Shown: positions 9,148 through 18,865, counted from the first letter of the stretch. The stretch: DNA of 64,000 nt from a virus (IMGVR_UViG_3300017650_000001:39621-103620), one strand, 5' to 3'. Numbers and translations: made by a program. Notes: generated from the sequence alone by a model not told the origin.

Positions 9148-10224
9148 TTAGTGCGCCGCTGATACAAGATACAAACTGCTTCCCTTTGCCATAATCAGAC
9201 AATTTTCAGTAAGCAAGAAGTCGGTGAAGTATCCATACCCATTCTTGAATAACCTCGGGTCGATAGCAAGACTCACATCTGGGTGGTTCTCTCCCACCTG
9301 CATCTGATCACGCACCTCGCCCTTTTCAGACTGTGAGAAGAACTTAGCGATGCCTTCACTCAAAGAAATTTCAGTCCGCGGCCGATCTGCTTTCGATTCT
9401 GTGATGATGATTGCACGATCTAGAATCAGTTCAAGCTTGCTGGGAACAGGGACCAATCCCTTCTGTGCAGCTTTCGGGAACTGCGAAGCAATAACACCAT
9501 CGAAATCCAGAGGTCGCGGAATATCAACAAGACGCCCAAACAACTTGTTGTCACCACACTGGAAAAGAGAATAGCCTTCAGGATTGATTTCAAAATGCTT
9601 CGTCCCCGACCCCTTAGCTAAAGAAAGCATCTCGCGACAGAAAGCTCCCGAAATAACAACGCGGAAGTCATCCATTTCTTTCTTGGTAGAAACACGCGCA
9701 TACGAAATAGTAGCATCATTGGTCGCGTAAAGATCGATTCCCTTATTCTTGTAGGAGAGCGTGATGCCAAGAGAGTCTGGCATCGAAGTATCCTCTTTCA
9801 AAGAACGCGTGCACGAATCCAAAGCTTCCAAGAAGGCTGCCATATCAATCGGCAAAGCAGATTCAGCATCTGCTTCTGGCATCTCAAAGATGTTTGTATC
9901 TTCGACATTCAAGTAAGGAAGCTTGAGGCGTGACGACGCCGCTTTAACTAGCAACTGACCCGCAGGCAAAGCTTTTCCATCAGGGCCTTTCCCTGTCATG
10001 AACTCAACTTCTTTCGCTTTGGAAACCGAAAGCAAAGAAATCAATGTATCAGGGATGGCGCCTTCAAAATCAGCTGCAAGTTTTGTGCTGATTGCAATCT
10101 GGTCATTGTACGCAAGAAGCGTGTCATCACGGAACCAGAAATGGCTTAGAATGGGTACGAGGTTGTTATTGCTCAACGCAGGAGCAACACGCTCAAGCTT
10201 ATCCAGTAGTTCTTTTCTAATCAT
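9148..10224 (-). CDS. dnaN: Sliding clamp (DNA pol III beta-like)
   Basis: 358 aa; N-terminal NLVPILSHF, LYATND, LFGRLVD pattern of beta clamps; adjacent to the polymerase. Confidence 0.75.
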   Translation of the reverse strand: MIRKELLDKLERVAPALSNNNLVPILSHFWFRDDTLLAYNDQIAISTKLAADFEGAIPDTLISLLSVSKAKEVEFMTGKGPDGKALPAGQLLVKAASSRLKLPYLNVEDTNIFEMPEADAESALPIDMAAFLEALDSCTRSLKEDTSMPDSLGITLSYKNKGIDLYATNDATISYARVSTKKEMDDFRVVISGAFCREMLSLAKGSGTKHFEINPEGYSLFQCGDNKLFGRLVDIPRPLDFDGVIASQFPKAAQKGLVPVPSKLELILDRAIIITESKADRPRTEISLSEGIAKFFSQSEKGEVRDQMQVGENHPDVSLAIDPRLFKNGYGYFTDFLLTENCLIMAKGSSLYLVSAAH

Positions 10225-11336
10225 GCCTCAAACTCATCCACTCTTGCGATTCTTTGTAGCGTAGCTTGAACTCGTTTGACACGATAAGCCTCGCTGCTCA
10301 ATACTTTCAGGGTTGTTTTCCGCGGACGCGAAGTAGTCTGCTCAGGAAGACCTGTAGCCAGGTATCTTCCCAAGAAATCATCAGGCAGGTCCTTCAAAAA
10401 AGCATACGACAGCAATCGATTTCGAATACCTTGCTCATTCAAGAAGATATTGTGGTGCTTGGTATGGAGTACCGTCGCAAAGTACATTCGAAGCGGTTCG
10501 GGCTGATACCCTTTCTTCTTTGAAGTCTCTTGCTCAAACATGCTACGAATACGATTTTTGAACAAACGACCGTCACATGTCGCAGCCATTCCCAAATGAT
10601 ATCTGATATTGAACTTCCAACGCCCGATAAACGTGTTGCGAAGCTCGCTCATTGGGACTCCAGCGTCCTCAGCAGCTTTGCGTACGAAATCTTGTTGCGC
10701 CTCTGATAGCCCATCAAAACCGTTTGATTGGTCCATCTTACGAGCAGAGATTCGCATAGTCTGAGGTGGCTTGGTAAAGTCGGGGATCCCGTTCACATAT
10801 CGCGGGACCAGAATCGATCCATAGCCTCCTCCCACAGACCAGCTCGTGCTGTCAACTGAGTACCATGGATATCGACGGCACAGTGCTGAAGCAGTAACTC
10901 CAAATCCGTGGGTCTTGATGAATGGTTTTCCTTCACGGTCTGTGATCCTTGTGAAGCATTTGTCCATCCACTCGATGATTTCGTTTTGATGGGCACGCAT
11001 ATAAGGCGAAATTCCGACATAGGTTTCTCCATCCGCAACCATCTTGTCCAACCACTCAAAGCGCTCACCTTGGTGAAAGACCGGGATTGGGTGCAAGCCT
11101 TCAGACTTCATCGATTGAAGATTGTCATAAGATTTCGCAGCGGAATTCTCAATCGAGGCTTGCGTGTGGTCCATCTTCCCGTTCTCGCCGGGAATACAAT
11201 CGAGGTTGACGTAAGCATCAACCTCGTCTTGATGATTCTTGCAATAGGTGATATAATCTTTCAGCGGAATTTCGCCACCACGACGCCATGCGCTGAACGC
11301 ACCAGAATCAAGCAGAACTCCACAGATAGTAGTCAT
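10221..11336 (-). CDS. TGT-fold transglycosylase-like protein (DpdA-like candidate)
   Basis: LLDSGAFS (cf. TGT DSGG), IPVFHQGE, THGFG, SVDSTSW; translationally coupled to folE. Confidence 0.65.
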   Translation of the reverse strand: MTTICGVLLDSGAFSAWRRGGEIPLKDYITYCKNHQDEVDAYVNLDCIPGENGKMDHTQASIENSAAKSYDNLQSMKSEGLHPIPVFHQGERFEWLDKMVADGETYVGISPYMRAHQNEIIEWMDKCFTRITDREGKPFIKTHGFGVTASALCRRYPWYSVDSTSWSVGGGYGSILVPRYVNGIPDFTKPPQTMRISARKMDQSNGFDGLSEAQQDFVRKAAEDAGVPMSELRNTFIGRWKFNIRYHLGMAATCDGRLFKNRIRSMFEQETSKKKGYQPEPLRMYFATVLHTKHHNIFLNEQGIRNRLLSYAFLKDLPDDFLGRYLATGLPEQTTSRPRKTTLKVLSSEAYRVKRVQATLQRIARVDEFEA

Positions 11337-11941
11337 CAGATTTTTACAAGACCATGTGACGCTGTTGTTACCATTTGCATGAACTCAGCACGACAATCAG
11401 GTTCATCTTTGATGCATCCACGCAGCGCTGAACTCATAGTCACAGTACCAACTCGCTGGATACCTCGAGACTCCATACACAAATGGCGAAGCTGCATAAC
11501 AACACCAACTCCCTTGGGGTGTAGGTTGTCCATGAGTGCATCAGCAATTTGTTGAGTCATACGCTCCTGCACTTGTAAACGGCGCGCAAAGATATCTGCA
11601 AGACGTGAAAGTTTCGAAAGCCCAACAACTCGACCATTCGGGACATAAGCGATATGAGCAATTCCAAACATACCCGCTAAGTGATGTTCGCAATGGCTAT
11701 AGATTGGGATGTTTGCTTGGAACAGGAGTTCGTCGTATTTCTCGCCGCCGTCATCAAATGTTTTGAGAACGTCTTTGGGATCCTGCTCATAACCTGAGCA
11801 CCAGAACTTCCAAGCTTTCGTAGCGCGGTCAGGAGTTTCTTTCAAACCTCCACGATCGGGATCTTCCCCAAACCGTTTTAAAAGCTGCGTAAACAGCTCT
11901 GCCTCTGAAAGAACTTCTTTTTCTGACAACAATTTATTCAT
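11336..11941 (-). CDS. folE: GTP cyclohydrolase I
   Basis: GLKETPDR, SHCEHH, VVGLSKLSRL, RRLQVQERMT, HLCMESRG. Confidence 0.96.
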   Translation of the reverse strand: MNKLLSEKEVLSEAELFTQLLKRFGEDPDRGGLKETPDRATKAWKFWCSGYEQDPKDVLKTFDDGGEKYDELLFQANIPIYSHCEHHLAGMFGIAHIAYVPNGRVVGLSKLSRLADIFARRLQVQERMTQQIADALMDNLHPKGVGVVMQLRHLCMESRGIQRVGTVTMSSALRGCIKDEPDCRAEFMQMVTTASHGLVKI

Positions 11942-12048
11942 TCTATCCTTCCAACAGAAGTGTGGACGCGAGCCTACGCATCACTGAAAGCTCGCGTCCA
12001 CTAGCAACGCAAAGAGGGGGCTGGGGGACTGGCCTCTGCGTGCTATCA

Positions 12049-12717
12049 CTACATACGCGCAAAGCTCCATAGCTTTGTTGAAAATGACAAATCACGAGTT
12101 CGTGATTGGGGACGACTCGCCCAATCAAGAATATCGTCTACTCGATGCTTCAAACCAAAGTGCTCGCACCATTCTTTCAAACGTTTGAGTTTTCGAATTG
12201 TATCTTGTACAGATTCTTCTGATATAGGCGTGATCTCGCAAAGTGCTCCACGCTCACCATCTACACGGAGCATAGCCCAACCGCGACCAAACAACTTTGT
12301 CGTGAGTCTATTTGCTCTGTCCGGGTTATCAAATTTGATAGATCGAATCAACTCAAAATCACAAGAGAAAGGCTGCTTTCCATGTACACCGCAACGACCA
12401 TTTGACATATTCAGATTTCTACAATGGTGATTGTTGTGGTCTAGTTGCATATCTGAATAGAGTTCGATTGATCGACCATCAAATTCAACTACTCGTTTCG
12501 ACATAGTATACGGCATAAGTTCTGAAGGCAAGTAGTCAAGCGAAAATCGTGGGCAACACCCCCCACATTTTGCAGGACATGTAAATCCTCGAAAAATGGT
12601 AGATCGAACTGTTAGGGATCGTCGCGCGTATTGCTTCTTCTTGTAAACAAAAGGCTCGTCAGCTACCACCGAAAAGTAACTGTCTACAATTTTGTCTACA
12701 GAATCAACGAGAGGCAT
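12049..12717 (-). CDS. YkgJ/DUF3109-like Cys-cluster (Fe-S/Zn) protein
   Basis: CPAKCGGCC ... CRNL...GRCGVHGKQPFSC Cys pattern; immediately upstream of folE. Confidence 0.6.
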   Translation of the reverse strand: MPLVDSVDKIVDSYFSVVADEPFVYKKKQYARRSLTVRSTIFRGFTCPAKCGGCCPRFSLDYLPSELMPYTMSKRVVEFDGRSIELYSDMQLDHNNHHCRNLNMSNGRCGVHGKQPFSCDFELIRSIKFDNPDRANRLTTKLFGRGWAMLRVDGERGALCEITPISEESVQDTIRKLKRLKEWCEHFGLKHRVDDILDWASRPQSRTRDLSFSTKLWSFARM

Positions 12718-12973
12718 AGGCGGTCAATTCAGGAACAGATATCGAACAAATATGCTGATTCTTGCCAAACATCCTCACCGCGCACAACATAAGACGGTAG
12801 GGCTTTCCCAAGTTCAAAATGTTGTTGTAGCGCTGCAACGCTTCTTGTGCTGTGAATCGAGCAGAGTCAATCCAACCATATTCTTGTTGAAAGACTCGAA
12901 TCAAGAAGAAATCAGGAGCGTTCAAGATTTCTTTATCCGAATCGCTCCTGAAGTCGGCCGCCGGCTTTGCCAT
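12704..12973 (-). CDS. Hypothetical protein
   Basis: GGGAGACTAC RBS directly after a sigma70 promoter. Confidence 0.65.
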   Translation of the reverse strand: MAKPAADFRSDSDKEILNAPDFFLIRVFQQEYGWIDSARFTAQEALQRYNNILNLGKPYRLMLCAVRMFGKNQHICSISVPELTAYASR

Positions 12974-12996
12974 CGTAGTCTCCCATTGACTTATTG

Positions 12997-13025
12997 TTTA
13001 TAGACGGCAAAGTATACAATTGCAA
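12997..13025 (-). promoter_or_regulatory. Host sigma70-type promoter
   Basis: TTGCAA-17 bp-TATAAA; one of four ATGCTTGCAATTG copies. Confidence 0.8.
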
Positions 13026-13028
13026 GCA

Positions 13029-13523
13029 TTATTTGTCAGATAGATGGAAGGTTCCCAAATCGAGTTCGTTCAAAACCCGCAAGGTATCACGCGTATCAGA
13101 CCGGATAGTTGCAATGGTAACATCAGAAACTTTCAAGTTCTTAGACTTGAGCTTTTCTGAAAGATCTTGAACTGAAATCGAAGGCTTCTTGACCACCATC
13201 GTCTTGATGACATGACAAGCACTCGTGCGCTTTGTCACGCGAGTAGGACGCTCAGTCTTGGGAGGAGGGGCTTCTTCAGGCTCTTCCTCAGGGACGTCAA
13301 CGTCCAAATCAGGGAAGTCAGCGATCGAAGAACCAGTCTTTACAGACTCCGCAGCATCGTTGTTCCAGTCCTGAGCTTCGCCAGAAAGTTCTGCCCAACT
13401 ATCATCGTCTAGCTTAGACACAGCCTTCATCAAACGCTTCAAGTGACTCTGACGCGCTTCGTCCTTTTTCAACTTGAAATTGGTCGCTGTAACCAATTCC
13501 TGCTCGATAACAGATGTTGTCAT
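13029..13523 (-). CDS. Hypothetical protein, possible C-terminal HTH
   Basis: Acidic/Pro linker between two domains; GGAG RBS. Confidence 0.65.
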   Translation of the reverse strand: MTTSVIEQELVTATNFKLKKDEARQSHLKRLMKAVSKLDDDSWAELSGEAQDWNNDAAESVKTGSSIADFPDLDVDVPEEEPEEAPPPKTERPTRVTKRTSACHVIKTMVVKKPSISVQDLSEKLKSKNLKVSDVTIATIRSDTRDTLRVLNELDLGTFHLSDK

Positions 13524-13540
13524 TGTAAACTCCTACAAAC

Positions 13541-13981
13541 TCAGAACTGAGCGATCGTCACAACGACCATCTTCAAATCGCGAATCTTCGCGGGTTCGAG
13601 GTACTCAGTCCTATCCTTCACACGCTTGTCAATGATCTTGACACGCTTTTCATTGTGGGTCTTGAGCAATTCTTGAATACTGATATCAAAGAATAGTTCT
13701 TGATCAGTTAGATCGGTGAGCAATTCGTCACCCTTGTAAATTACAGAATCACTCAGCGGGATATTCTCGTTAGGGTCAACAACAAGAACTCGAACTAAAC
13801 GACGAGTAGGAAGAGCAACCATAGTAACATTCCTTACTTTAGGCAAACTTGATGCTTGATTTGCTGCTGTTGTCGCTTGCAACACCTGGGCTGTAAACTC
13901 ATTCGGGTTATACACCGTATGCGTATGCGCGGACGACGCAAATGTTGGGTAGTCTAGAGGATCTAGCGGACCATTGAGCAT
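13541..13981 (-). CDS. Hypothetical protein
   Basis: ORF in the operon downstream of queC. Confidence 0.6.
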   Translation of the reverse strand: MLNGPLDPLDYPTFASSAHTHTVYNPNEFTAQVLQATTAANQASSLPKVRNVTMVALPTRRLVRVLVVDPNENIPLSDSVIYKGDELLTDLTDQELFFDISIQELLKTHNEKRVKIIDKRVKDRTEYLEPAKIRDLKMVVVTIAQF

Positions 13982-13986
13982 TATGC

Positions 13987-14796
13987 TTACACCTCTGCTG
14001 AATCTTGATAGATAGTTGGATCATCAATACCAGCTTCAAGAAAAGCTTCACGTCGTGAACGACATGTAGGGCAAACGCCGCAATGGAATTCGTCTCCTTT
14101 GTAACAAGACCACGTATCCTCAAACCGGACACCTAGTTCATCACCAAGAGAAACAACTCCTGTTTTATTGAGCCATTCAAGAGGCGTGTGCAAACGGATT
14201 TGCATATACGACCCAATGTAGATCGCGTTTGCCATCGCTCCGATAAATTCGGGAGTGCAATCAGGATAAGCCCAATTGTGAGCATCTTCGGAATGAGCCC
14301 CGAAGTAAATCCCTGCTGACACACTGCGGTCATCGGGGTGGTATTTGCCCGGGATTTCAACCTCTTTATTCTTCTCATTCACCCACTTCTGGGCATGAGC
14401 AGTCAATGCTGAAAGCATAAGGCCATTGCGGAATGGGACATAGGTAGGAGAGACACCTTTGATTTGATCGTAACTGATGTCAGGCACGTCAACCTTGCCC
14501 CGGGAGTCATCTGTGAGCATGACAGCATCGCCGCGAAGAAGAGCGCCAACATCTAAGATAGTGTGCTTGATACGCAGACGCTCACAAGTCTTCGCAGCGT
14601 AATCCATTTCCTTCTTATGTCGCTGTCCGTAGTAAACACTAACAGCCTCGACCCAAAAGACAGGATCTTGCGCGTTGTTTCTGACAATGCTGCTCAAAGA
14701 TTGAGTTGTATACTCAGGCGCATAGTCAAAGATTGCCTTGTGCAGGCAAGTTGTTGAATCAAGTCCTCCGGACAAGAGCACAAAAGCTTTACGCAT
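13987..14796 (-). CDS. queC: 7-cyano-7-deazaguanine (preQ0) synthase
   Basis: LLSGGLDSTT, YGQRH..E, TYVPFRN, YPDCTPEF, TWSCY..CGVCPTC. Confidence 0.96.
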   Translation of the reverse strand: MRKAFVLLSGGLDSTTCLHKAIFDYAPEYTTQSLSSIVRNNAQDPVFWVEAVSVYYGQRHKKEMDYAAKTCERLRIKHTILDVGALLRGDAVMLTDDSRGKVDVPDISYDQIKGVSPTYVPFRNGLMLSALTAHAQKWVNEKNKEVEIPGKYHPDDRSVSAGIYFGAHSEDAHNWAYPDCTPEFIGAMANAIYIGSYMQIRLHTPLEWLNKTGVVSLGDELGVRFEDTWSCYKGDEFHCGVCPTCRSRREAFLEAGIDDPTIYQDSAEV

Positions 14797-14925
14797 CTAG
14801 TCTCCCAAAAATACTCGAGGGTTGATAGCCTTGAACCTGTTATGCCTCGAACGCTACCCGAGGCAGGCTATCTCTCTTTTCTGACGCCCTCGATCGCCAG
14901 TAAGGACAAACCGGGTAGCGTAGCT

Positions 14926-15453
14926 CTAAGCACTTCGCAGATACATACGCACCTCTTTGATGACATCAACATCTTTAGAGTTCAAACCCAAAAGCTTGCA
15001 GATGCGGTCATTCAAAGTTTCACGGCGTCCGTTTGCATAGCGTTCCAGCGGCTTTGAAACTTCTTCGCTACGCTGATCGCTGACCAACAAAGCAATTGTA
15101 TCTTTAATGATCTTTGGAGCTTTGATCATCAAAACCTGAAAATCAGAATAGTCCGGGATGACCGCAGCATCACCTTCATAGACTTCAACAATATCACTGC
15201 GAGCATCATCCTGCTGTTTTGTTTTCTTGCGGGACAAGTCTGTGATGATGCAAGAGTAACAAAGCTTGAAGAGGCTCATAATATGAGCTGGTTCAACAGC
15301 AGTGGGGTAGCGCCAACGAACTTCGTAGTAGGCAGCATAGCCCTCTTGTATCAGATCATCGTAGTCCATCCACGCAGCAACACGCCAGTAGTTTTTTCGA
15401 GCGTAAGAGTGCATCCACGCCACCGCACCAGCGTCGGGAAGAACATCTGCCAT
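14926..15453 (-). CDS. Small sigma-factor-like protein (region 2-like)
   Basis: YARK....WMDYDDLIQEGYAAYYE..RY...ITDLSRK resembles sigma70 region 2; start chosen at MADVLP. Confidence 0.55.
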   Translation of the reverse strand: MADVLPDAGAVAWMHSYARKNYWRVAAWMDYDDLIQEGYAAYYEVRWRYPTAVEPAHIMSLFKLCYSCIITDLSRKKTKQQDDARSDIVEVYEGDAAVIPDYSDFQVLMIKAPKIIKDTIALLVSDQRSEEVSKPLERYANGRRETLNDRICKLLGLNSKDVDVIKEVRMYLRSA

Positions 15454-15612
15454 TGTTGTGATGCCTTTTGGTAACTTACGGAAAATTCCGGGGTCTGGAC
15501 GGCCCCCGGCGCCGCCGTAAGAGGCATAGGTCCTAAGGGGTGAAGGAACTATGCAGCCCACCAGACTTGGGCGAGATACAAACTATAGCGCTACGGGAAC
15601 GCCTACGCAATA

Positions 15613-15825
15613 CTACTTTTGTCCGTCGTTGACACCTTTGATAAATCCGCCCACAGCTTTCCCCAAAGCTTGTGAAGCATTCGGATCGGTAACTCCTTTG
15701 TACATACCGTAACCGACAATTCCCCATACGGATATGATTGCGAAGAAGATAACAACCCAAACAACCATGAACAGGCGAAAACCAATGCTCATGGAACGTT
15801 GGTGGCGATCAAAGTCAAAGCCCAT
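15613..15825 (-). CDS. Small membrane protein
   Basis: GGAGG RBS, one TM helix, downstream of a sigma70 promoter. Confidence 0.7.
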   Translation of the reverse strand: MGFDFDRHQRSMSIGFRLFMVVWVVIFFAIISVWGIVGYGMYKGVTDPNASQALGKAVGGFIKGVNDGQK

Positions 15826-15855
15826 TGTGTCCTCCTACGGTTGCTAACAAAGAGC

Positions 15856-15884
15856 AACATAGATGGACGTCAATACAATTGCAA
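15856..15884 (-). promoter_or_regulatory. Host sigma70-type promoter
   Basis: TTGCAA-17 bp-TATGTT. Confidence 0.75.
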
Positions 15885-15887
15885 GCA

Positions 15888-16331
15888 TTATCTATAGAAT
15901 ACAGCGCTATTGCCAGAATGTTCAGATACTTCAACCGACTTCAGGGTAACACGTGGAGCGTACCCAGCGTCTTGCAACCATTGCTCAGCACACTCAAACA
16001 CCATTTCCGCTACCTTCTCACAACCTGTAGCAGGAACAGTAATCAATTTGATGATGTTGCGTTTCTGAGCTTCTAAGAACCAATCAAGGTGTGGATCGTC
16101 TTGAGCCACAAGCGTGACGTGGTCAAAGTTATCTTCAAGGATATTTTTCAAGGACTTGAGACTGCCAAAGTCAACAACCCAATTCCGAATATCGAGATCA
16201 CGCGATTCAAATACAAACTTGAAAGCAAGGCTGTACCCATGCAGTTGTGCACAATGACTGTCAGCCCGCCACTGTCGGAAGCAGCAAGAAAGTCCAACAT
16301 TGTGGTCATATTTCTTTGTTGACTGATACAT
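15888..16331 (-). CDS. queD: 6-carboxytetrahydropterin synthase
   Basis: SHCAQLHGY, WVVDFGSLK, FDH, TGCE, VEVSEH. Confidence 0.92.
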   Translation of the reverse strand: MYQSTKKYDHNVGLSCCFRQWRADSHCAQLHGYSLAFKFVFESRDLDIRNWVVDFGSLKSLKNILEDNFDHVTLVAQDDPHLDWFLEAQKRNIIKLITVPATGCEKVAEMVFECAEQWLQDAGYAPRVTLKSVEVSEHSGNSAVFYR

Positions 16332-16332
16332 A

Positions 16333-16575
16333 TCAGATTCCCTTATACACAGGCTTCTTTGAGCAACGCAGCGGTATTGGATAGCACCAGTGCTGATCAT
16401 GGTTCAAAGGCAAGCCTGTGAACTTCCCATTACGACCATCTGTGATCAAACTTGTAGGATCAAGTCCTCGATTTCGAGCAATCTTTCCCCAGAAAAACAA
16501 AGCTTCGCCTTGTACAGGTCGAAGCTTCCAGAATTGACGCTGTTCAAAAGGTTCAAGTTGGTAGGTCTGTCGCAT
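16333..16575 (-). CDS. Hypothetical protein
   Basis: Tightly packed between primase and queD. Confidence 0.6.
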   Translation of the reverse strand: MRQTYQLEPFEQRQFWKLRPVQGEALFFWGKIARNRGLDPTSLITDGRNGKFTGLPLNHDQHWCYPIPLRCSKKPVYKGI

Positions 16576-17569
16576 ACAACACCTTTAGGAGTTCTCTTGT
16601 TGTCGTAATTTCGCCCGGGTCTTTAAATTGTTTAGGTAGCTTCTTTGCATCAACACCCAAAGTGACCAAGTCAGATCGAATTCTAGCTGCTTTAGAAAAA
16701 GTATTCTGGTCCAGCAAAAGATATCGATTTTCAAACTTGGGCAAAATAGCATGAAGCAGGTTTAGTTGTTCATTTGATAACATACTTGTGAAAAAGCAAG
16801 TAGCTACAATTCCATGAACTTCACCCAAAAGATTTACGCGCCACGCATCGAAAGGACCTTCGCACAAAACAATGGTGTGAGCTGGCGTATAAAGCAGCCT
16901 GTCATGGAATAGGAGGTAATGGCTAATGGGATTGGGCGCTGGAATTTCACCGCGCTCAGAAGCCTTCTCTAGATCGTGTGTCAGTGTTTTGTATCGGACC
17001 ATCTGGTCTTTGTAAATCGTCCGACCAGTCCAGCCTACAATTTCACCGTACTCTCTGACGACAAAAATAATGCGACCCTTGTATAACCCACGTGAGGCGT
17101 AGTAAACGTCATAACCCTTTGATCGCGATATATCGCGATCAAGAAAGCCTCGATCATGCAAATAAGCAATGTAAGGACGTGCTGAAGGCAATCCCGAAAA
17201 TTGCTTGAATTCAGAAGGCAGACGTAATTCAGGACGCTTCTCTTCAACTTCTTCTGTTTTGAAGAACTTTGACTTCAATTTATTCAAAAAGTCATCCGGG
17301 ACCGAACGTTCATTACCAGCTAACCGGGAAGCTTGTTCCCACGAACATCCTAAGAGGGCTTGGATAAGTTTGGCCGGGTTCTTGCCCGAATGCTGTCTCG
17401 GATTTCTCCAACAGCGAAACCCTTTGCCGTTCAGGTTGACCGACAAATGCTGAGAGTGGTCGTCCACTCCGCACCATGGACACTGTAAAGATATTTGTCC
17501 GCGCGACGTGTTTGGACCTGACGTCACATAGTGGATATGATGACGATCAAGGAACTCTACCCAGTCCAT
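16553..17569 (-). CDS. DNA primase (Zn finger + TOPRIM)
   Basis: CPWC..H..FRCW Zn finger, GRIIF..GWTGR, LCEGPFDA, LLLD, KDPGE. Confidence 0.88.
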   Translation of the reverse strand: MDWVEFLDRHHIHYVTSGPNTSRGQISLQCPWCGVDDHSQHLSVNLNGKGFRCWRNPRQHSGKNPAKLIQALLGCSWEQASRLAGNERSVPDDFLNKLKSKFFKTEEVEEKRPELRLPSEFKQFSGLPSARPYIAYLHDRGFLDRDISRSKGYDVYYASRGLYKGRIIFVVREYGEIVGWTGRTIYKDQMVRYKTLTHDLEKASERGEIPAPNPISHYLLFHDRLLYTPAHTIVLCEGPFDAWRVNLLGEVHGIVATCFFTSMLSNEQLNLLHAILPKFENRYLLLDQNTFSKAARIRSDLVTLGVDAKKLPKQFKDPGEITTTRELLKVLYATDLPT

Positions 17570-17983
17570 TTAATCGAATACACGCTGGAACATCACACCA
17601 TTCCAAACACCCGGGATACCTTGGAAAGAGACCCAATGATCCCACGGCTCAACTGCACAACCAGTCACTGTATAAATTTTGTTCATATCGAATACTTTTG
17701 CTGCGGCTTCACGCTGAGAGTCGTAACCGTTCGCATTCAAGAATTTCATTCGATCGCCTCGTATCGGAAAATCTTGAAAACGAGAAGGCTCACCTTCTTT
17801 AACCAGAGTGTAGCGACTGTTTTTGGTTTCAATCTCGCCTGTTGCATCATCGTGATGCAACACCAAACTGGTATGACCCTCGCCTCGGTGGTATGGGTGG
17901 TCTAAAAACACACCACGGATAACATCACCGTCTCGGTACCAATCTTTGATGCGACCATAATGCGGCTTTTCGCTCTTGGTCAT
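17570..17983 (-). CDS. Hypothetical protein
   Basis: GHTSLV...IETKNSRYTL phage motif; operon packing. Confidence 0.65.
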   Translation of the reverse strand: MTKSEKPHYGRIKDWYRDGDVIRGVFLDHPYHRGEGHTSLVLHHDDATGEIETKNSRYTLVKEGEPSRFQDFPIRGDRMKFLNANGYDSQREAAAKVFDMNKIYTVTGCAVEPWDHWVSFQGIPGVWNGVMFQRVFD

Positions 17984-18185
17984 GCTTTTTCTCCAGTTTC
18001 AACAGACTTAGTTCTGTTTCAGCATCTTTGTTGCTGTAACCACAAAAGGTCAGGGACAACACATATGTAGCATCGCCAATCAGGCCACGTTTCCATTCAG
18101 CATCTCGGAGGAGCTTTCGCTCCTCCAAGTCTTGCTTTGCTTCAGGATCTGAAAAGTGAGGTTGCATTATACCCGCTTCCACCAC
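17925..18185 (-). CDS. Hypothetical protein
   Basis: Operon packing. Confidence 0.5.
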   Translation of the reverse strand: MVEAGIMQPHFSDPEAKQDLEERKLLRDAEWKRGLIGDATYVLSLTFCGYSNKDAETELSLLKLEKKHDQERKAALWSHQRLVPRR

Positions 18186-18865
18186 CCACGCATGGGCGAA
18201 ACAATGTAGCCACCGTGATGCAGTCGATGCAAAACAACATACACAGCTTTAACATTCATATCCAACTTTTCTGCAAGCTGCTTCGCATGAGCGGCTTTTC
18301 CATCCGAAGGAATCTCAGCCAAAAGTTGATAAGGTCGGGTTCCTGGCTTCAAAACCCAAGTAGGAGTGTGACGAGTCTCATGCGAGACTTTCAAATCAGG
18401 AGCAGCGGCCAATTCTTGGATTGAATCTTGCACCTGTCGCGGGGTCGCTACGGTCCCAAATTCAACTCGAGAAGTAACCGTCACACTTGAAAGTTTACCC
18501 TCAAGATCTCTGATCTGACTTTGCAGATCAAAAACAAGATCACACAAAGTTTCAAAATCTTTGTGGTGAATACTTTCTTGAGCAGCGACGGGAATTCGTG
18601 GAGCTTTCGGCAAAGACATTGCTTTGTCAAAAGATGTTGGCTCTTTAAGAGTAACCCCATCCTCTTTTAGAAATTGACGGAGTTGAGATCGAGCATTCAT
18701 TCCAGCGCGCCAGTCGCTGGATGTTCTTGATGTGAACAATTGACGAAGTCGACTTCCGACTTGCCAAACAACTGCAAGATGCTTCCCTCGATCCGACACT
18801 GTACCCTCAATGCCGTATTTATCAAGTTCATCAAGCAGAAGATCTGTTATCTCGTTCCTTGACAT
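18167..18865 (-). CDS. HicA-like N-terminal domain + coiled coil + C-terminal wHTH protein
   Basis: RGKHLAVVW..TSSDWRAGMNARSQLR; C-terminal AKQLAEKLDMNVKAVYVVLHRL; GGAGACTAC RBS. Confidence 0.6.
   Translation of the reverse strand: MSRNEITDLLLDELDKYGIEGTVSDRGKHLAVVWQVGSRLRQLFTSRTSSDWRAGMNARSQLRQFLKEDGVTLKEPTSFDKAMSLPKAPRIPVAAQESIHHKDFETLCDLVFDLQSQIRDLEGKLSSVTVTSRVEFGTVATPRQVQDSIQELAAAPDLKVSHETRHTPTWVLKPGTRPYQLLAEIPSDGKAAHAKQLAEKLDMNVKAVYVVLHRLHHGGYIVSPMRGWWKRV

Noticed and set aside
11942-14925. Canonical preQ1-I riboswitch before folE or queC
   Set aside because: No short AGAGGTTCTAG-type hairpin with an A-rich tail; leaders are reported only as unclassified structures
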